Positions 63,492 to 64,000 of a stretch of 64,000 nt of DNA are shown here, one piece after another. The DNA lies in assembly GCA_045541555.1 (NCBI GenBank), contig JAZQJH010000059.1, positions 16,641 to 80,640 on the forward strand, written 5' to 3'. This stretch comes from Eubacteriales bacterium. GTDB lineage: Bacteria; Bacillota; Clostridia; Oscillospirales; QAKW01. Every line of letters begins with the position of its first letter. Within the stretch, counting starts at the first letter, position 1. The notes beneath the pieces were generated by a model, which saw only the letters and a list, made by a program, of their open reading frames with translations, ran no database searches and was not told the DNA's origin. The translations under genes and the position numbers were made by a program.

Positions 63492-63579
63492 ATTATTTCC
63501 CTCCTTTGGCAGTGCCCTGCCTTTTTAAGCATAACACAGTTTTCGACAAATTACAACCGTTCCCTTTTCTCGTTTTAAG

Positions 63580-63642
63580 CTAATATCTCAAGACGAACAT
63601 CACCACCGCGGCAATGCCGATGATATTCGCCATGATTCTCAT
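63580..63642 (-). CDS. 20-aa hydrophobic peptide coupled to the NSS transporter (MetS-like small subunit candidate)
   Basis: It is too short to appear in the ORF track. ATG follows the transporter stop by 1 nt (TAAAATG). It encodes MRIMANIIGIAAVVMFVLRY. Confidence 0.35.
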   Translation of the reverse strand: MRIMANIIGIAAVVMFVLRY

Positions 63643-63643
63643 T

Positions 63644-64000
63644 TTAAAACAGTCCCTTTAACCAACCGAGAATGGTAAATCCGTCAGCAAAGCTGAAATT
63701 CAAAATGCCCAAAATAAAGAGTGCTAAAATAATGATCGGCAGCACGTAGGTAACATACGGACGAATCCATTTTCCCAGCTTCAACCCCTTGCCGGCATTG
63801 GCCTCTGCCAAGAAGTTTTCAAAGCCCCAGCCTTTTTTGCTGACGCAGAAAAGAACGTAGCAGAGCGCACCCAAAGGAAGACAGCAATTGCTGACCAAAA
63901 AGTCTTCCAGATCCAGCACTGCAGAGCCGGATGCAAAGGGCACGAAATCTGACCAAAGATTATAGCCCAGCGCGCAAGGAACGGAAAGCAGCAGGATCGC
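63644..64000 (-). CDS. sodium-dependent (NSS/SNF family) transporter, C-terminal part; gene continues beyond the right edge
   Basis: The frame stays open upstream of the track start (..AILLLSVPCALGYNLWSDFVPFASG..), and the C-terminal TM helices are NSS-like. Confidence 0.7.
   Translation of the reverse strand, partial: AILLLSVPCALGYNLWSDFVPFASGSAVLDLEDFLVSNCCLPLGALCYVLFCVSKKGWGFENFLAEANAGKGLKLGKWIRPYVTYVLPIIILALFILGILNFSFADGFTILGWLKGLF

Overview
A 64-kb chromosomal window from a roughly 55% GC Firmicutes/Clostridia-type genome, judged from sporulation genes ytfI/ytfJ, a hisZ-type his operon, a YerC-family regulator and AGGAGG ribosome-binding sites. Most of it is core metabolism. It contains an OmpR-type two-component pair at the left edge, a hom / aspartate kinase / asd operon, gap, and a purine-salvage block (xpt plus a BMP-family nucleoside ABC transporter). 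It also contains an 11-gene his operon led by a YerC/TrpR-like regulator, and a lipoate-dependent 2-oxoacid dehydrogenase operon with a divergent lplA. Between these lie accessory or poorly understood parts:
- a six-gene flavin/NAD redox operon whose 5' end abuts an AraC gene reduced to its HTH domain
- a DUF1538 membrane protein paired with a tandem P-II-like protein
- an esterase / ATP-grasp / AEC-permease / small-protein operon
- a membrane-anchored cohesin-domain protein
- a domain-permuted GH3 glycosidase with its AraC regulator
- a low-GC (about 30-40%) cassette encoding a membrane-anchored S1 protease and a lipoprotein, flanked by gene fragments

Features the ORF track cannot show:
- a 6S RNA (ssrS) at about 1866-2054
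- a roughly 130-145 bp intergenic repeat present twice, each copy directly 3' of an intrinsic terminator; one copy sits inside a 320-bp unit bounded by a perfect 32-bp duplication of a terminator hairpin
- a 20-codon ORF translationally coupled to an NSS transporter
- many intrinsic terminators and sigma-70-type promoters

No tRNA, rRNA, CRISPR array, transposase or integrase was seen. Several very long ORFs (up to 953 aa) are antisense shadows of real genes. All family assignments come from reading the translations and recalling motifs; no database search was run.
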